Shown: positions 50,503 to 61,551, numbered from the stretch's first letter. The stretch is DNA of 64,000 nt from Longimicrobiales bacterium (GCA_965238005.1 OZ250165.1:2784001-2848000); one strand, 5' to 3'. Notes: generated from the letters alone by a model not told the origin. Made by a program: numbers and translations.

Positions 50503-51726
50503 TCAGCGGATCGGTCCGGCCTCCGCGTCTCGACGCTCTCTGGCTAGGTAGGCAGCCCAGTCGTTAATCAGTCGGCGTCGGCGCTCGAACAGGTCCGAGC
50601 GCCGGTACGCCGCCTCGATCTGGTTGCGGACCTTGTGCGCCAGCGCCGCCTCCGCCACCTCGCGAGGGTGGTCCGTCTCTTCGGCCGCCCAGTCGCGAAA
50701 GCTCGACCGGAAGCCGTGCGGCACGGCCGCGATCTTCAACTCCCCGAGCAGTTCCGACAGCGCCGTGCTCGCGAATGGCTTCCCGCGCACGCCCGGAAAC
50801 ACGAGCGGGCTGCCGCGACCGAGCATCCGCGTCTCCTCGAGGATCTCCAACGCACGGCGGCATAGCGGGACCCGGTGCTCGCGGTTCCCCTTCGTGCGCA
50901 GCGCCGGGATGGTCCACACGCCTGCGTCCCGGTCGATCTCCGTCCAGACCGCCCCCCGGACCTCGCCGGAGCGTACCGCCGTCAGCACCAGCAACTCGAA
51001 GGCCAGCTTGACCACTGGCCGCGCGTTCGACGCCCGCACCGTCTCGATCGCGGACGCCACCTCACCGTGCGGCAACGCCGGCATGTGCCGGACAAGCCCC
51101 CCCTGCGCTCCGAGCACCGGACCGATCCGGTCGCACGGGTTGTCGGGCCTGAGATCCATCGCCACGGCCCACTCCATGACCGCGCGGATGCGCTGGCGCA
51201 ATTTCCGGGCGGTGGGCGGCATGTCGTGCCAGATCGGAGCGAGAATCCCGATCACGTCGGCGCTCGTCACTTCCGCAATCGGCATCTCACCGATGCGGGG
51301 GATCGCGTAGCGCTCCAGGCTCTTCAGCCAGAGCTGCGCATGCTGAGGGGAGCGCCAGCCCGGCCGCAGTTGGTTCCAGACCTGCCCCGCCGCCTCCGCG
51401 AAGGTGGGCATCGACTCGGCCCGCCGCTTCTCGGCCAGGAGGTCGCCACCGTCGCGGGCCAGCTTCCGGTTCGCGAACGCCTTCTCGCGCGCTTCCTTCA
51501 GCGAGACGAGGGGGAATCCTCCGAGCCCAAGCTCGGTTCGGCGGCCCCGGATCGTGAGGCGCTGCACCCAGCCCCGGCTACCCGTGGGCCGGACATCGAG
51601 ATAGAGCCCCTGGCCGTCGCAATAGCGTCCGGCCTGGCTCACGTTGCGGACGAAGGCGGGCGTGAGCGCGTTGTGGGGATGCTGGCCGCGCGGCTTGCGT
51701 TGCGGAGGTCGGTTGGGGAGTGTCAT
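50503..51726 (-). CDS. P4-type tyrosine integrase, copy 4
   Basis: Arm-binding DGQGLYL; TAVRSGE, HGFRSSFRDW, LAH, AAY. Confidence 0.95.
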   Translation of the reverse strand: MTLPNRPPQRKPRGQHPHNALTPAFVRNVSQAGRYCDGQGLYLDVRPTGSRGWVQRLTIRGRRTELGLGGFPLVSLKEAREKAFANRKLARDGGDLLAEKRRAESMPTFAEAAGQVWNQLRPGWRSPQHAQLWLKSLERYAIPRIGEMPIAEVTSADVIGILAPIWHDMPPTARKLRQRIRAVMEWAVAMDLRPDNPCDRIGPVLGAQGGLVRHMPALPHGEVASAIETVRASNARPVVKLAFELLVLTAVRSGEVRGAVWTEIDRDAGVWTIPALRTKGNREHRVPLCRRALEILEETRMLGRGSPLVFPGVRGKPFASTALSELLGELKIAAVPHGFRSSFRDWAAEETDHPREVAEAALAHKVRNQIEAAYRRSDLFERRRRLINDWAAYLARERRDAEAGPIR

Positions 51727-51912
51727 ACCCGCCAATATATCCACCATCATATAGTGGATGCAAGGGTGTGTAACGCGTCGGTACGGGACAGGGAATACCT
51801 TCATGTCTCGTGGTAAGTCAATATAAACAAGTCAGTTATGTGCGTTACGGGCCTTGGCTGGACATAATGGTAATATCCTACCATGCAGCCCTCCGGGAAG
51901 GGTGTCGGACCG

Positions 51913-52615
51913 ATGAGGCCCTGGACGCTCCTCATCATCGGGGTGGCCCTGACGGCGGCCACGGTCCGCGCGTTCCTGGCGCCGTTTCCGGGCATCGGCG
52001 GGAACCCCGTGCTGGACCTGATCGCCTACCACGACCCGGGCCTGCACACGGTGATCCACGTCTGGTACTACGCGGCGCCAGCCGTCGCCTTGCTGCTCGC
52101 CGGCAGCGTCTGCCTCTCGGTCTCGAGGGTCTGGCTCGAGCCGCGTACCCGGCGCGGCGCTCGCGGGAAGCTGCCCGCCTGGCCCACCTCGGCCGGCGAC
52201 GAGGCGCCCTCGCTCGTCGTCGGCGAACTGCACCATCCGACCGTGCCGCGCGAGAGCGAGCGGCCGTCGTGGCTCGTCGTCCCCGAGAAGGGGCTCTACA
52301 CCGGCATCCTCATCGTAGGGGCCGTCGGCACCGGCAAGACCACCGCCTGCATGTACCCGTTCGCCCAACAACTGCTCTCCTGGCGGGCCGACGAGCCGGG
52401 CCGCAGGGCGGGCGCGCTCGTGCTCGAAGTCAAGGGGGATTTCTGCCACCAGGTCCGCCGCATCCTGGGCGACGCCGGGCGCGGGGACGACTACCTCGAG
52501 ATCGGACTCGACGGCTCGTGGCAGTGGAACCCGCTCGACGATCCCCTGCTCGACTCCTATTCGCTCGCCTACGGCGTCGCGTCCCTCATCAACCAGCTCT
52601 TCGGCAAGAGCCGGG
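51913..52615 (+). pseudogene. VirD4/TraD-like coupling protein, N-terminal fragment
   Basis: Two TMs; Walker A GAVGTGKT; LVLEVKGDF; WNPL; homology ends at ~52615. Confidence 0.75.
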
Positions 52616-52726
52616 AAACTCCTCAGCAAGCTCGGCCTGAGCGGCGACGGCGGCTCCTGGCTGCGCGGACCGGCCGACCGCGACCCGGCCGCGGTCGAAC
52701 TCTGACGACCCGGAGGACTTTAGCCC

Positions 52727-53041
52727 ATGCAACCTTGGAAGATCAGCGCGGGACTCACCGCCGCGATAGCCGGGACCGCCTTCCTCCTCGGCGGCGCCCA
52801 CCTCGAATACCTCGCACCGTTCTGGCCGGTCATCCTCGCCGAATACGGTGTCTTGCTCTCCCTACACCTCGCACTCGCGCTCACAACCGTCGCGGCCGCC
52901 ATCTACGCCGTCGCGCGCGCCACGGGGCTCGCCGACCTCGGGCGCCGCGTCGATCTCGCCGAGCGCTCCGTTCGGCGCGGCGAGGGGGACCCGGCCCTCA
53001 CCGAAGCGCTCCGCAGGGACGCCGAGGGGGACTGGGAGTGA
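52727..53041 (+). CDS. Hypothetical membrane protein
   Basis: Two TMs; coupled to downstream genes. Confidence 0.55.
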   Translation: MQPWKISAGLTAAIAGTAFLLGGAHLEYLAPFWPVILAEYGVLLSLHLALALTTVAAAIYAVARATGLADLGRRVDLAERSVRRGEGDPALTEALRRDAEGDWE

Positions 53042-53047
53042 ACGCGC

Positions 53048-53437
53048 ATGAGTGAGAGAACATCCGTCAAGGCCCTGCCCGCCAACTGGCGCAGGCACGC
53101 CAAGGCGCTCCGACGCTACGGGGGCGAGACTCCGGCCACCGCGCTCGAAAGCTGCGCCGCCGAACTCGAAGCCACGCTCGTCGAGCGGGACGAGACCACC
53201 TTCTCGCTCGTCGAGGCGGCCACGGAGAGCGGCTACTCCGCCGACCACCTCGGCCGCCTGGCCCGCGACGGCAGGATCCCCAACGCCGGACGCCCCGGCG
53301 CGCCCAGGATCGCCCGCGGAGACCTGCCCCGGAAGGCTCACGCGCCAACGGAGCCGCGACTGGCGGAGCAGCCCCGCCGACGCGACGTTTCAAACGTGCA
53401 GATCGTGCAGTCCATCATCGAAAAAGGAATCGAATGA
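53048..53437 (+). CDS. Excisionase-like HTH protein
   Basis: FSLVEAATESGYSADHLGRLARDGRIP; overlaps the integrase start. Confidence 0.6.
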   Translation: MSERTSVKALPANWRRHAKALRRYGGETPATALESCAAELEATLVERDETTFSLVEAATESGYSADHLGRLARDGRIPNAGRPGAPRIARGDLPRKAHAPTEPRLAEQPRRRDVSNVQIVQSIIEKGIE

Positions 53438-54606
53438 TGGCACGCACGAAACGAGTCCGGCGCAGCTATGGCGCCGGCGAATGGGGCCGGAACCGGGTAC
53501 GGGTCTTTCCCGATCCCAAGACCGGCTTGTACCAGATCGAGTGGCGCGAGGACGGGCGCAGGCTCACCCGGTCGCTGAAACACCGCGACTGGAGGCGGGC
53601 GAAGCGGCAGGCGGACGAGGTCGCCGCGGGCTTCGCCGGGCCGGAGCTGAACGGCAAGAAAAACGCCGAGCCCGAGCCGCTCACCCTGGAGACGCTTTTT
53701 GACATCTACGGTGAGGAGGTGACGCCCACCAAGGGCAGGCATTCGCGGCAGCACGACAGGGCCGCGATGAGGATGTTCCTGGGTTGCTTCGGCAGGGACC
53801 GAAAGCCAGTAACGCTCTCACAGCGGGACTGGGACCGGTTCATCCGGGAGCGTAGGGCGGGCAGGGTCGGGCCGAGCGGGAAGCCCGTGTCCGATCGAAT
53901 GATTGAATACGACCTGAAGTTCCTGCTCGCGATCCTCAATTGGGCCGCGAAGTCGAGGGACGAGGAGGGAAGGCTCCTCCTCGAGTCGAACCCGCTGAGG
54001 GGCTTGAAAACGCCCAGGGAGAAGAATCCGAAACGAGTGGTCCTCATCCAGGCGGAGTACGAGGCTTTGCTCCAAGTGTCTCGCGCCTTGGATTGGCGGT
54101 TCCGCGTGGCGCTGGTGATCGCGCACGAGACGGGACACCGCATCGGTGCCATCCGCCAGCTCCGGTGGTCGGACATCGACATGGAGGGCAAGACCATCCG
54201 ATGGTGTGGCGAGCACGAGAAGACCGGTTACGAGCACCGGACGCCCGTGACGGCCGAGGTGCTCGCCGTCTTGGACGAAGTGCGGAGACAAAACCCCGGG
54301 ACCGGGGACGTTCCTCTGCTTCCCGCGCCGAAGGACCCCTCCGTGTGTGTGGGCCGCTGGCTCACCCGTGGCTGGTGGAACAAGGCTGTGGCGCGCGCCG
54401 GGTTGCAACCCAAGCGTGGGCGGGGCTGGCACTCACTGAGGCGGAAGTTCGCTTCGGACCTCATGAATCAGCCGCTCAAGGTGCTCTGCGAACTCGGCGG
54501 CTGGAAGACGGCCCAGACGGTGCTGCAGTGCTACCAGAGGGCCGACGAGGGGCAGCTCAGGAAGGCCCTTGGGCACCGGCGGAGGGCCGTTTTTCCCGCC
54601 AATTAG
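53434..54606 (+). CDS. Tyrosine integrase adjacent to tRNA-Ile
   Basis: ETGHRIG, HSLRR, GGW, catalytic Y (QCY). Confidence 0.9.
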   Translation: MMARTKRVRRSYGAGEWGRNRVRVFPDPKTGLYQIEWREDGRRLTRSLKHRDWRRAKRQADEVAAGFAGPELNGKKNAEPEPLTLETLFDIYGEEVTPTKGRHSRQHDRAAMRMFLGCFGRDRKPVTLSQRDWDRFIRERRAGRVGPSGKPVSDRMIEYDLKFLLAILNWAAKSRDEEGRLLLESNPLRGLKTPREKNPKRVVLIQAEYEALLQVSRALDWRFRVALVIAHETGHRIGAIRQLRWSDIDMEGKTIRWCGEHEKTGYEHRTPVTAEVLAVLDEVRRQNPGTGDVPLLPAPKDPSVCVGRWLTRGWWNKAVARAGLQPKRGRGWHSLRRKFASDLMNQPLKVLCELGGWKTAQTVLQCYQRADEGQLRKALGHRRRAVFPAN

Positions 54607-54656
54607 CGGGAATCAATTAGCTGGAACTCCACCTCGAAATCCCGTAAGTTCAATAG

Positions 54657-54730
<74 letters not shown>

Positions 54731-54924
54731 CTTTTTAAGTACTAGCCCCGTAAGACCTTAGGGCTTGGCCGGCGGCTCGCCGTAAGGGCGCGGTGACATT
54801 CATGGTGGACAACCTGGCCATTGGGTTGTTCCCGGTACTGGTTACACTGCTGGGCTCGTACGTGAACTTTTTACAGGCAAACCCGGCGATGTTTGGAGTG
54901 GTGGCGGGAATCTACTGGGCGCCG

Positions 54925-55430
54925 TGTACCGGTTCCGGTTTGCTGGACAAGTCGGCGGCCTAATCAAGCCGCCTTCAGGGTGAGCTCCTGACGGACCTGG
55001 GCCGGGGTCCGATACCCATGCCGCTCTAGGAGCCACCCGCGGTTGTAGCGTTCGATAAACGCGTCGATCTCCTGTCTGGCCTCCTCGAGACTCTTGAAGT
55101 CGTGGAGGTACAAGCACTCCTCCTTCAGCGTCCGCATGAAGCGCTCTGCGACGCCGTTGCACTCCGGCTCTCCCACGTACGAGGCCGTCGAGCGGATCCC
55201 GAGCCAGGCCAGCTCCCCCTGGAACTGATGCGCCGTGTACTGCGGTCCCCAGTCGTGCCGTAGGCCGAGCCCCAGAGCGATCTTGGGCGCGTAGTCGTCC
55301 ATGTGGGTCCGTACGCCCTGGCGGATCGGCTCGAGCGCTGCCCACCGATCGCCCTTCTTCGCCACGTGCCAGCCCACCACGTCCGTGACGCAGTGATCCA
55401 CCGCCACGAAAAACCAGCACCACCCAGCCG
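54925..55430 (-). mobile_element. IS integrase-core (IS3/IS481-like) 3' fragment with its end
   Basis: RHDWGPQY...NGVAERFMRTLKEE; terminal ~110 bp repeated at 59651-59762. Confidence 0.75.
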
Positions 55431-55494
55431 CTGCTTCGGAAGATCACGGTTCCGCGGTTTGCGTCTTAAAGGCAGACGGAGAAAGGCGCAGCGG

Positions 55495-56841
55495 CTACTG
55501 TAGTGACACCCATATGGAGCCCTCGGACAGGCGAACCGGAAAGATCGACAGAGGTCGTTGGTTCTTGCTCACATCTCCTGCCTCTTCATGGCCTAGCGCC
55601 GTGCCATCCGCCGCCAACGCTCCGGTCCACACCCGTATCTCACCCGTCTCCAGATCGAAACAGCTCTCGTGCCAGCGGCAAGTGATGGAGTCGTCATCTC
55701 CCACCTCGCTATCGTTCAGCGGAGGCATCAGGTGGGGGCAAGCATTGTTGATTGCATGAAGACTGTCCGCCGTACGTATGAGGAGGAGATCGAACTCCTC
55801 GAGTTCGACGACCTTACGCGTGCCGATGGGCAATTCGGCCTCGCTGAGGACGCGCACCCAGTCCAGGCCTGCATATCTGTGCCTCGTCTCGTCTGGTTCT
55901 TCGACCTCGTCCGACAGGGCCGCCGCGGCCGATGGAGCCAGTCCCGAGATCTCGTATAGGCTCCAGCGCCCACTCGCCCCGGGCAGCTTTACCCGCACGA
56001 AGTCCTCGATCGTCACGCTTTCCTTCACCTCTTTGTACAGATCTTCGGAAACGAGCAAGCGGGTGTCGGCGGATTTGTTGGCGGCCTCGATTCGGCTGGC
56101 GACGTTGATGGTCTCACCGACCCCAGTGAGCTTCTCCGTCTTGGCGGATCCGACGGTACCGATCACGGCCGGGCCGTAATGCATACCGATCCCGACGTCG
56201 AAGCTTTGGCTGTACATCGCCTCCAGGTAGGGCTTGAGGCGATCTACCACATGGAGGATCTCCATCGCGGCCATCACACCTCGCAAGGGCGCGTGGGCGT
56301 CGTCCTCGATACCGAAGAGAGCCAGGACGCCATCCCCGTAGAAGTCGACGATATAGCCGCCGTTGCGCTCGATGACATCGCCTACCTGGAAGAAGTAGCG
56401 ATTCAGGATGAAGATGACGTCGTATGCAGACAGGGTTTCGGTCAGGGCCGTGAAACCACGTATGTCACAAAACAGAACGGCGACGTTCTTGACTGCGCCG
56501 CAACGCCCCAAGCGCTTCCGCGATAACTGGCTGGTGATCTCTAGATCCGTCTCGTCGAGCACTAGGCGTCGGAGCTTCACGTCGCCGACTACCTTGGTCT
56601 GGCAAGCCAAGCGTACCTCCGGCCCGAACCCGAGTCGATCTGCGAGGGAGCGTTCCCGATCCGAGCGTGCGACACAGTTCTCTAGTCCCTCCAGGATCCA
56701 GACACGGCAAGTGGAGCATCTGGCGTGGCCGCCGCACGCGTGTGCGTGTGCAAGGTTCGCCCGAAGTGTCGCTTCCAGAATCGTGTCGCCGTCCCTGGCA
56801 TCGATTCCCTTCCGGTCGGGAAGGCATGTGATTTTTGGCAT
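55495..56841 (-). CDS. 2Fe-2S ferredoxin / class III nucleotide cyclase / Rieske fusion
   Basis: CGGHARCSTC..RLAC; LFCDIRGFT, GDG, NVASRIE; CPH..CRWH. Confidence 0.85.
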   Translation of the reverse strand: MPKITCLPDRKGIDARDGDTILEATLRANLAHAHACGGHARCSTCRVWILEGLENCVARSDRERSLADRLGFGPEVRLACQTKVVGDVKLRRLVLDETDLEITSQLSRKRLGRCGAVKNVAVLFCDIRGFTALTETLSAYDVIFILNRYFFQVGDVIERNGGYIVDFYGDGVLALFGIEDDAHAPLRGVMAAMEILHVVDRLKPYLEAMYSQSFDVGIGMHYGPAVIGTVGSAKTEKLTGVGETINVASRIEAANKSADTRLLVSEDLYKEVKESVTIEDFVRVKLPGASGRWSLYEISGLAPSAAAALSDEVEEPDETRHRYAGLDWVRVLSEAELPIGTRKVVELEEFDLLLIRTADSLHAINNACPHLMPPLNDSEVGDDDSITCRWHESCFDLETGEIRVWTGALAADGTALGHEEAGDVSKNQRPLSIFPVRLSEGSIWVSLQ

Positions 56842-57269
56842 CGGCTAGTGACCCATAACAGCTGAACGTTAAGCGACGTTGATCGGTCGCGAGGGTCATC
56901 ATACTGCCATTTGAAAGGATGAACGAATCATTAGCTCGTCCTTTCAGCGAGCCCGATCACGCCTGCGGCGGGAACATCACGGTGATCAGCCGGGCCTAAG
57001 GCAGCTAGGTTCCTTCAGGGTCCTAACGACCCACCGCGTGCGCTTCCGGTTCAAGAGAGTGACTAGGAAGCTCAGTAACATCGCACGTGGCGACATGGAG
57101 GATCGAGTTGATCGATGCCTAACAGGGCGGGTTCGCTCGGCGTGACGAGAAACCTGTAACACAACCTGTATCATCGCCCACCAGCGCTCATGAGCGCCCA
57201 CGAGCGCAGAATAGGCCAAATCCTCCGATTTCCAGCGCCCACGAGCGCCCACGAGCGCTCGACTCATAT

Positions 57270-57313
57270 CTGATAAGCGTGAGGTCGGAAGTTCAAGTCT
57301 TCCCAGGCCCACT
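57270..57313 (+). other. 3' half of tRNA-Ile (att-site duplication)
   Basis: CTGATAAGCGTGAGGTCGG..CCAGGCCCACT matches the tRNA from the anticodon loop onward. Confidence 0.85.
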
Positions 57314-57397
57314 GTTCCAAGAGTAAGCCCCGGCACCAGTTACGGTGTCGGGGCTGTCTTGTTGGAATTGTCCACGTGTCCGAAACGTGTCCTGGAT

Positions 57398-57760
57398 TCA
57401 GCTTGCGTTGACTGCGGCCAAGACCCCTGCGGGGTCTGCATGTTGATACGACAGCCGCAAAGCCTGTGTGTCTTTCCAGCCACCGGCCGCCGCTACGTCC
57501 GCGTCCGGCAGGCTCTTCCGCTCGGTCGCCCAAAGGCGTCTGTAGGGATGAAAAACCCCACCCACGAGCTTGGGGAGTCCGGCGAGTTTCTCGGCTTTGA
57601 GCACCCACTTGGCGACGGTGTCACGTCGAATCGGCCTGGAGTCGTCCCTCGGGGCTGGGAATAGTGGTGCGTTTCCCATTCGTGGGCGTTTGCGGCGGTC
57701 GCATGGGCATACCCTGCTGGGGCAGCTTCGGGTTTGGCGCAGTTCAGCCGAAGCAATCAA
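57398..57760 (-). pseudogene. Tyrosine integrase C-terminal fragment
   Basis: FHPYRR...AGGWKD...SYQH, pointing toward the tRNA fragment. Confidence 0.7.
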
Positions 57761-57873
57761 CCCGCACTCCTCGCCTCCCTTCGCATCTCACACCAAGCTG
57801 ACGCTGCGTCGATCGGGGTCCGAGTGTCCTTCGTGGTGGCTCTTTCGGACATGACGTACCTCCATACCGAGCC

Positions 57874-58488
57874 TCACACCCCCACGGCCGCGATCGGGAT
57901 CCGCACCTCGGTCCGCTCCCAGGACAGCACCATGTGGGCGCCGCCTTCGGCGGTCTCAAACGCGATCGTGAACTGATCTACATCCTCCGCGAGGGAGCCC
58001 GAGGGAATTTCGACAACGAGCACGTCGTCGGCTTCGTCGTAGCTCGGGGTGACCTGGCGGGTCTCGGCATCGAACCGGCCGGTTCCGTCCATCCCGAGCT
58101 GCGTGTTGAAGCGCACTGTCCAGCTCGATGCCCCGGGAACGGTGAAGACTGAATAGGTGCCGGCTTCTAGCCGCTCCCCAGCGATCAGCACGGGCCGCGT
58201 CACGGTGATTTCGGTCGCTTCGTTGGCGCCGGTCCTCCAGAGCTCTCCGAGCGGCACCAAATACGTGCCCCCGTCCGCTGGGTTACCGAATACATCCCGC
58301 CCGCGCACGTAGGGCCGGCCGTACGTCACCTTGACATACGTATCGCCGACGAAGGTCTTGGCGATCCCGACGGGGGAGGGGCGCCGGGAGCGGTGGAGAT
58401 CCTGTGCGGCGCCGCTCTCGGCGGAAAGCACGACGGCGGTCAGCGCGAGCAGGACCAGCAGCGCGCCGGCAGGGAATCGGTACGTCAT
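57874..58488 (-). CDS. DUF2911-family protein
   Basis: RPSP..VTYGRPYVRGR..WRTGANEAT..AGTYS. Confidence 0.85.
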   Translation of the reverse strand: MTYRFPAGALLVLLALTAVVLSAESGAAQDLHRSRRPSPVGIAKTFVGDTYVKVTYGRPYVRGRDVFGNPADGGTYLVPLGELWRTGANEATEITVTRPVLIAGERLEAGTYSVFTVPGASSWTVRFNTQLGMDGTGRFDAETRQVTPSYDEADDVLVVEIPSGSLAEDVDQFTIAFETAEGGAHMVLSWERTEVRIPIAAVGV

Positions 58489-58693
58489 GGTGCGTCTCCA
58501 GCGTAGGTGGAAGAGAACAGACAGCGGAACACCAAGCCGCGGCTGCGTGAAGTCCGCCGATCGAACCGGAAAGTGAACTCCTCTGGCCTCCTCCACGAAC
58601 ATGCCCGCGAGCCGGAAGCCATGGACCGCATCCGCTGCGCCAATTCTACGGTCGTCCGGCTGGTGTGGGAAGATGGCCGAGTGAGCACCCATT

Positions 58694-58876
58694 GTGCGCC
58701 GGGATAAACCGGCATGGAGAAGCGGATGAAAGAGCCGTACACCGAAGAGCTAGCGACTCACGGTGGCCCCGAGTCATGCGTGGGTGTCAGCGAGGGCATC
58801 GGCGAAGCGTTGACAGGGGCTCGTGTAGGCGAGGTATCGAGCCGCGAAATCATTCCTTCGGGACGCCGACAGGGTA
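58694..58876 (+). mobile_element. Group II intron 5' fragment
   Basis: GTGCG start; CCCCGAGTCATGCG...GAAGCGTTGACAGGGG..GAGCCGCGAAA domain-I-like sequence; no RT ORF. Confidence 0.6.
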
Positions 58877-59173
58877 ATGGGCTTGATACCGGGCTGCCTA
58901 CTGTGCAACACGGCCACCGAACTCGGAGCTAGCGATCCCGAAATCGCCCGCCGCGTGGAAGACTATTTTCAGAGGCTCGAGCAGGCCTTTATCTCTTGCC
59001 TGACGCGGGCGAAGAAGCTCGATGAGATCCAAGGCAGCCCCGCCGAGCTCCGCGCACGTGCGCTTATGACGCGATCTAGTATCCAAGGGATATTAGTGGC
59101 GCTCCGACTCTCCAAAAACGAGCGGCAGGCTCGACGCACACTGGCAGCGGTCGAGTCCTATTGCCTCGATTAA
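58877..59173 (+). pseudogene. TetR-family C-terminal fragment
   Basis: GCLLCNTATEL...L.RA...EI. Confidence 0.6.
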
Positions 59174-59249
59174 TGTGCCAACGCTCGTCATGGCCGGCGA
59201 CCACGACCTTATTTTCGATGAGCACCCCAGCTTCGGCCGAGGTACCTCG

Positions 59250-59650
59250 TCACTTCGCTGCCTTGGCAGCTGCCTTCACCATCTCGCTCAACGTTGGATG
59301 GGCGTGGACGGACTTCCCGATGCGCTCGATGCGGCCGTGGTCGTGCATGGCCGCCACGACCTCGTGGAGCAGCTCGTCCCCGTGAAGGGCCAGGATATGA
59401 AATCCGAGGATTTCGCCATCGGCTTGATTGACCACGGCCTTGAGCCGGCCACGGGGATCCCCGATCGCAAGGGACCTGGCGCCCTGGACTGGGACGCTCC
59501 CCACCGCCACGTCGTAGCCCTGCTCGCTGGCCTCGGTCTCCGTCAGACCTACGGCGGAGAGGGCCGGATCGCTGAAGATGACGCGTGGCACCACCCGATA
59601 GTCAACGCTGCGCCCTGTCCCCTTTACCGCATTGCGAGCGGCGATGGTCA
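59250..59650 (-). pseudogene. Pyridine nucleotide-disulfide oxidoreductase C-terminal fragment
   Basis: VPRVIFSDP..VGLTE...HAHPTLSE; cut by an IS end. Confidence 0.75.
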
Positions 59651-59988
59651 GTGTACCGGTTCCGGTTTGCTGGACAAGTCGGCGGCCTAATCAAGCCGCC
59701 TTCAGGGTGAGCTCCTGACGGACCTGGGCCGGGGTCCGATACCCATGCCGCTCTAGGAGCCATTGACACACCCCGAGCAAATGAGGATGAGGACGAAGCG
59801 GGACTGAGCTAGGCGCATGACGACTCTCCTCCAGCGTGCCAACGGGCTGGCATCCGCCTAAGATGCACTTTTGCGCTCAAGTCGCGCCAGTGGGGAAATC
59901 CCTGATATTTACGGGTTTGGTGGTGCGAATGCTAGAAGGCTCCGAACATCCAGAGAATGGATTCCTTCGATTGGGGGGCATCGGGACA

Positions 59989-60273
59989 CTATACCCACCG
60001 GGCCAACTCGATCACGCCACACGAAATCCTAGCACCTGCATTTCCCGCTGGCTGAGAGGTCAAGTCGTCCTCATCAACATGCAGGATGAAACCCTTGCCA
60101 ATTATCGAGTTGGCACCATCAAAGGTCAATATGATGTCTACGAATTCAGCCTTTGCACCGTCATGGGCGTCGGCCCTCACCTGCTTGACCGTCTCACTCG
60201 CAAACGGCACCGGCCACTCCCCCGCCTCATCCGTCTCCACCTCGGACTCCTCATGCTCCTGCATCATGCTCAA
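59989..60273 (-). pseudogene. Cu/Zn superoxide dismutase C-terminal fragment
   Basis: SIIGKGFILHVDEDDL.SQPAGNAGARISCGVI. Confidence 0.7.
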
Positions 60274-60488
60274 AAACCAATCGTGGGCCTCACGGGCAGA
60301 GTGGATGCCGTAGCGAGAGTGACGACAACCGCAGCCAATTCAGGTTTCAAGACCTTGAGCGCGACCTTCCGCTCGTGCTTCAGGTCATCGGCCAGGAAGA
60401 CCGTGGCCATGCCGCCTTCACCGAGCTCACGCTCGATGGCGTAGCGGCCTTCGAGGGCGGTGTTCAGGCGGACAACTGGATCGGACAC
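60270..60488 (-). pseudogene. Ser/Thr protein kinase N-terminal fragment
   Basis: RYAIERELGEGGMATVFLA..VALKVL. Confidence 0.8.
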
Positions 60489-60555
60489 GGGCGCACTCCG
60501 GGATCAGACCGAGGTCAACATCCGAGAGCAGAGTTGATCCTGAGTGGCATGATCA

Positions 60556-60876
60556 CTAGTGGATCTGAACATCATTAACGTACCGCCCCTCGCTAAAATC
60601 AGTGAAGTAGCGCTCAACTAGGGGATGTTGAATGGGGAGGCCACTGTGATCTGGTTCGAGGTTTCGTTCGGCTACATACGTTTGATGTTGGGCTCTGTGT
60701 GGCAATACGTGATACCAAGGATGGTGCTTGGGTGGCCTCGAACGGGCTACGGCTTCGTACCATGCCTCGGTTCCTCGAAACTGCGTATCGACATCAACGA
60801 TCACACCTCGGTAATCGAACAGTTTGTGTTGCACCACGTCACCAACTGAAAAGCGTGCACTCGGCATCCTTATCAT
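60556..60876 (-). CDS. hspQ: Heat shock protein HspQ
   Basis: FSVGDVVQHKLFDYRGVIVDVD...PWYHVL..TYVAERNL. Confidence 0.88.
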   Translation of the reverse strand: MIRMPSARFSVGDVVQHKLFDYRGVIVDVDTQFRGTEAWYEAVARSRPPKHHPWYHVLPHRAQHQTYVAERNLEPDHSGLPIQHPLVERYFTDFSEGRYVNDVQIH

Positions 60877-61151
60877 TGATTCATGGCCGATCCCAATAAG
60901 CGACCGCTAACGTCTCTGCGATTCTGATCTTATAAGGCGAAGGGCTGGCCTCACTCGGGCTGGGCGTTACGCTGGGCTTACTCAAGGTCCTGCGGCACCC
61001 GAACCCAAGGAGGCCAGCCATGTTTGTCGCAGGAATCGACGCTCACGCAACGTATTGAGTGATAGCCATCGTAGGCAACACAGGTCAGCTCGATCAACAT
61101 GCAAACCGTGAGTGAAGTGATCGAGCTCGACAGGCACGTCGTGGGTCGGGG

Positions 61152-61551
61152 CTACGCCCTACCCGTTTCTCGCCGCATCACATCCATCAGGATGTCGTGG
61201 ATGATGCCCGTGGCCACCTCCACGAGCAGAACGTCCAGCCCCACCTCGACGAGCTCGTATTCCTCAGGCACGGTCACTTTGGACCATAGCTCTTCGGGGG
61301 CGACCTTCTTGGCGATGCCCGGAGGGAGGGGCTTCCCCTTCGCCAGCCTCTTCCGAATCCCGGGAGGGAGCGCGTCCAACTCAGGCTGCGGATTGGCCAT
61401 GTAGTACTCGCGGATCTGCTCACGGACGCCAATCGTCAGCGTGAACTCCGCCGTGATCTCCGCGGTGACCTTCGCCTCTTCCTTTGCCTTCTTGCCTCGG
61501 CGCTGGCCTTCAGCGTCCTGGGTGGAGAGCAGGAGGAAGGGAAAACCAGAG
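61152..61551 (-). pseudogene. RcnB-like periplasmic protein with 5' end interrupted by IS1182
   Basis: LPPGIRKRLAKGKPLPPGIAKK; probable start lies beyond the IS at ~63194. Confidence 0.55.

Noticed and set aside
1..54606. Prophage interpretation of the integrase cluster
   Set aside because: No capsid, terminase, tail or lysis genes; the cargo is conjugative/mobilisation type
57170..57262. GAGCGCCCAC repeats as a mini-CRISPR
   Set aside because: 10-mers in tandem with no unique spacers
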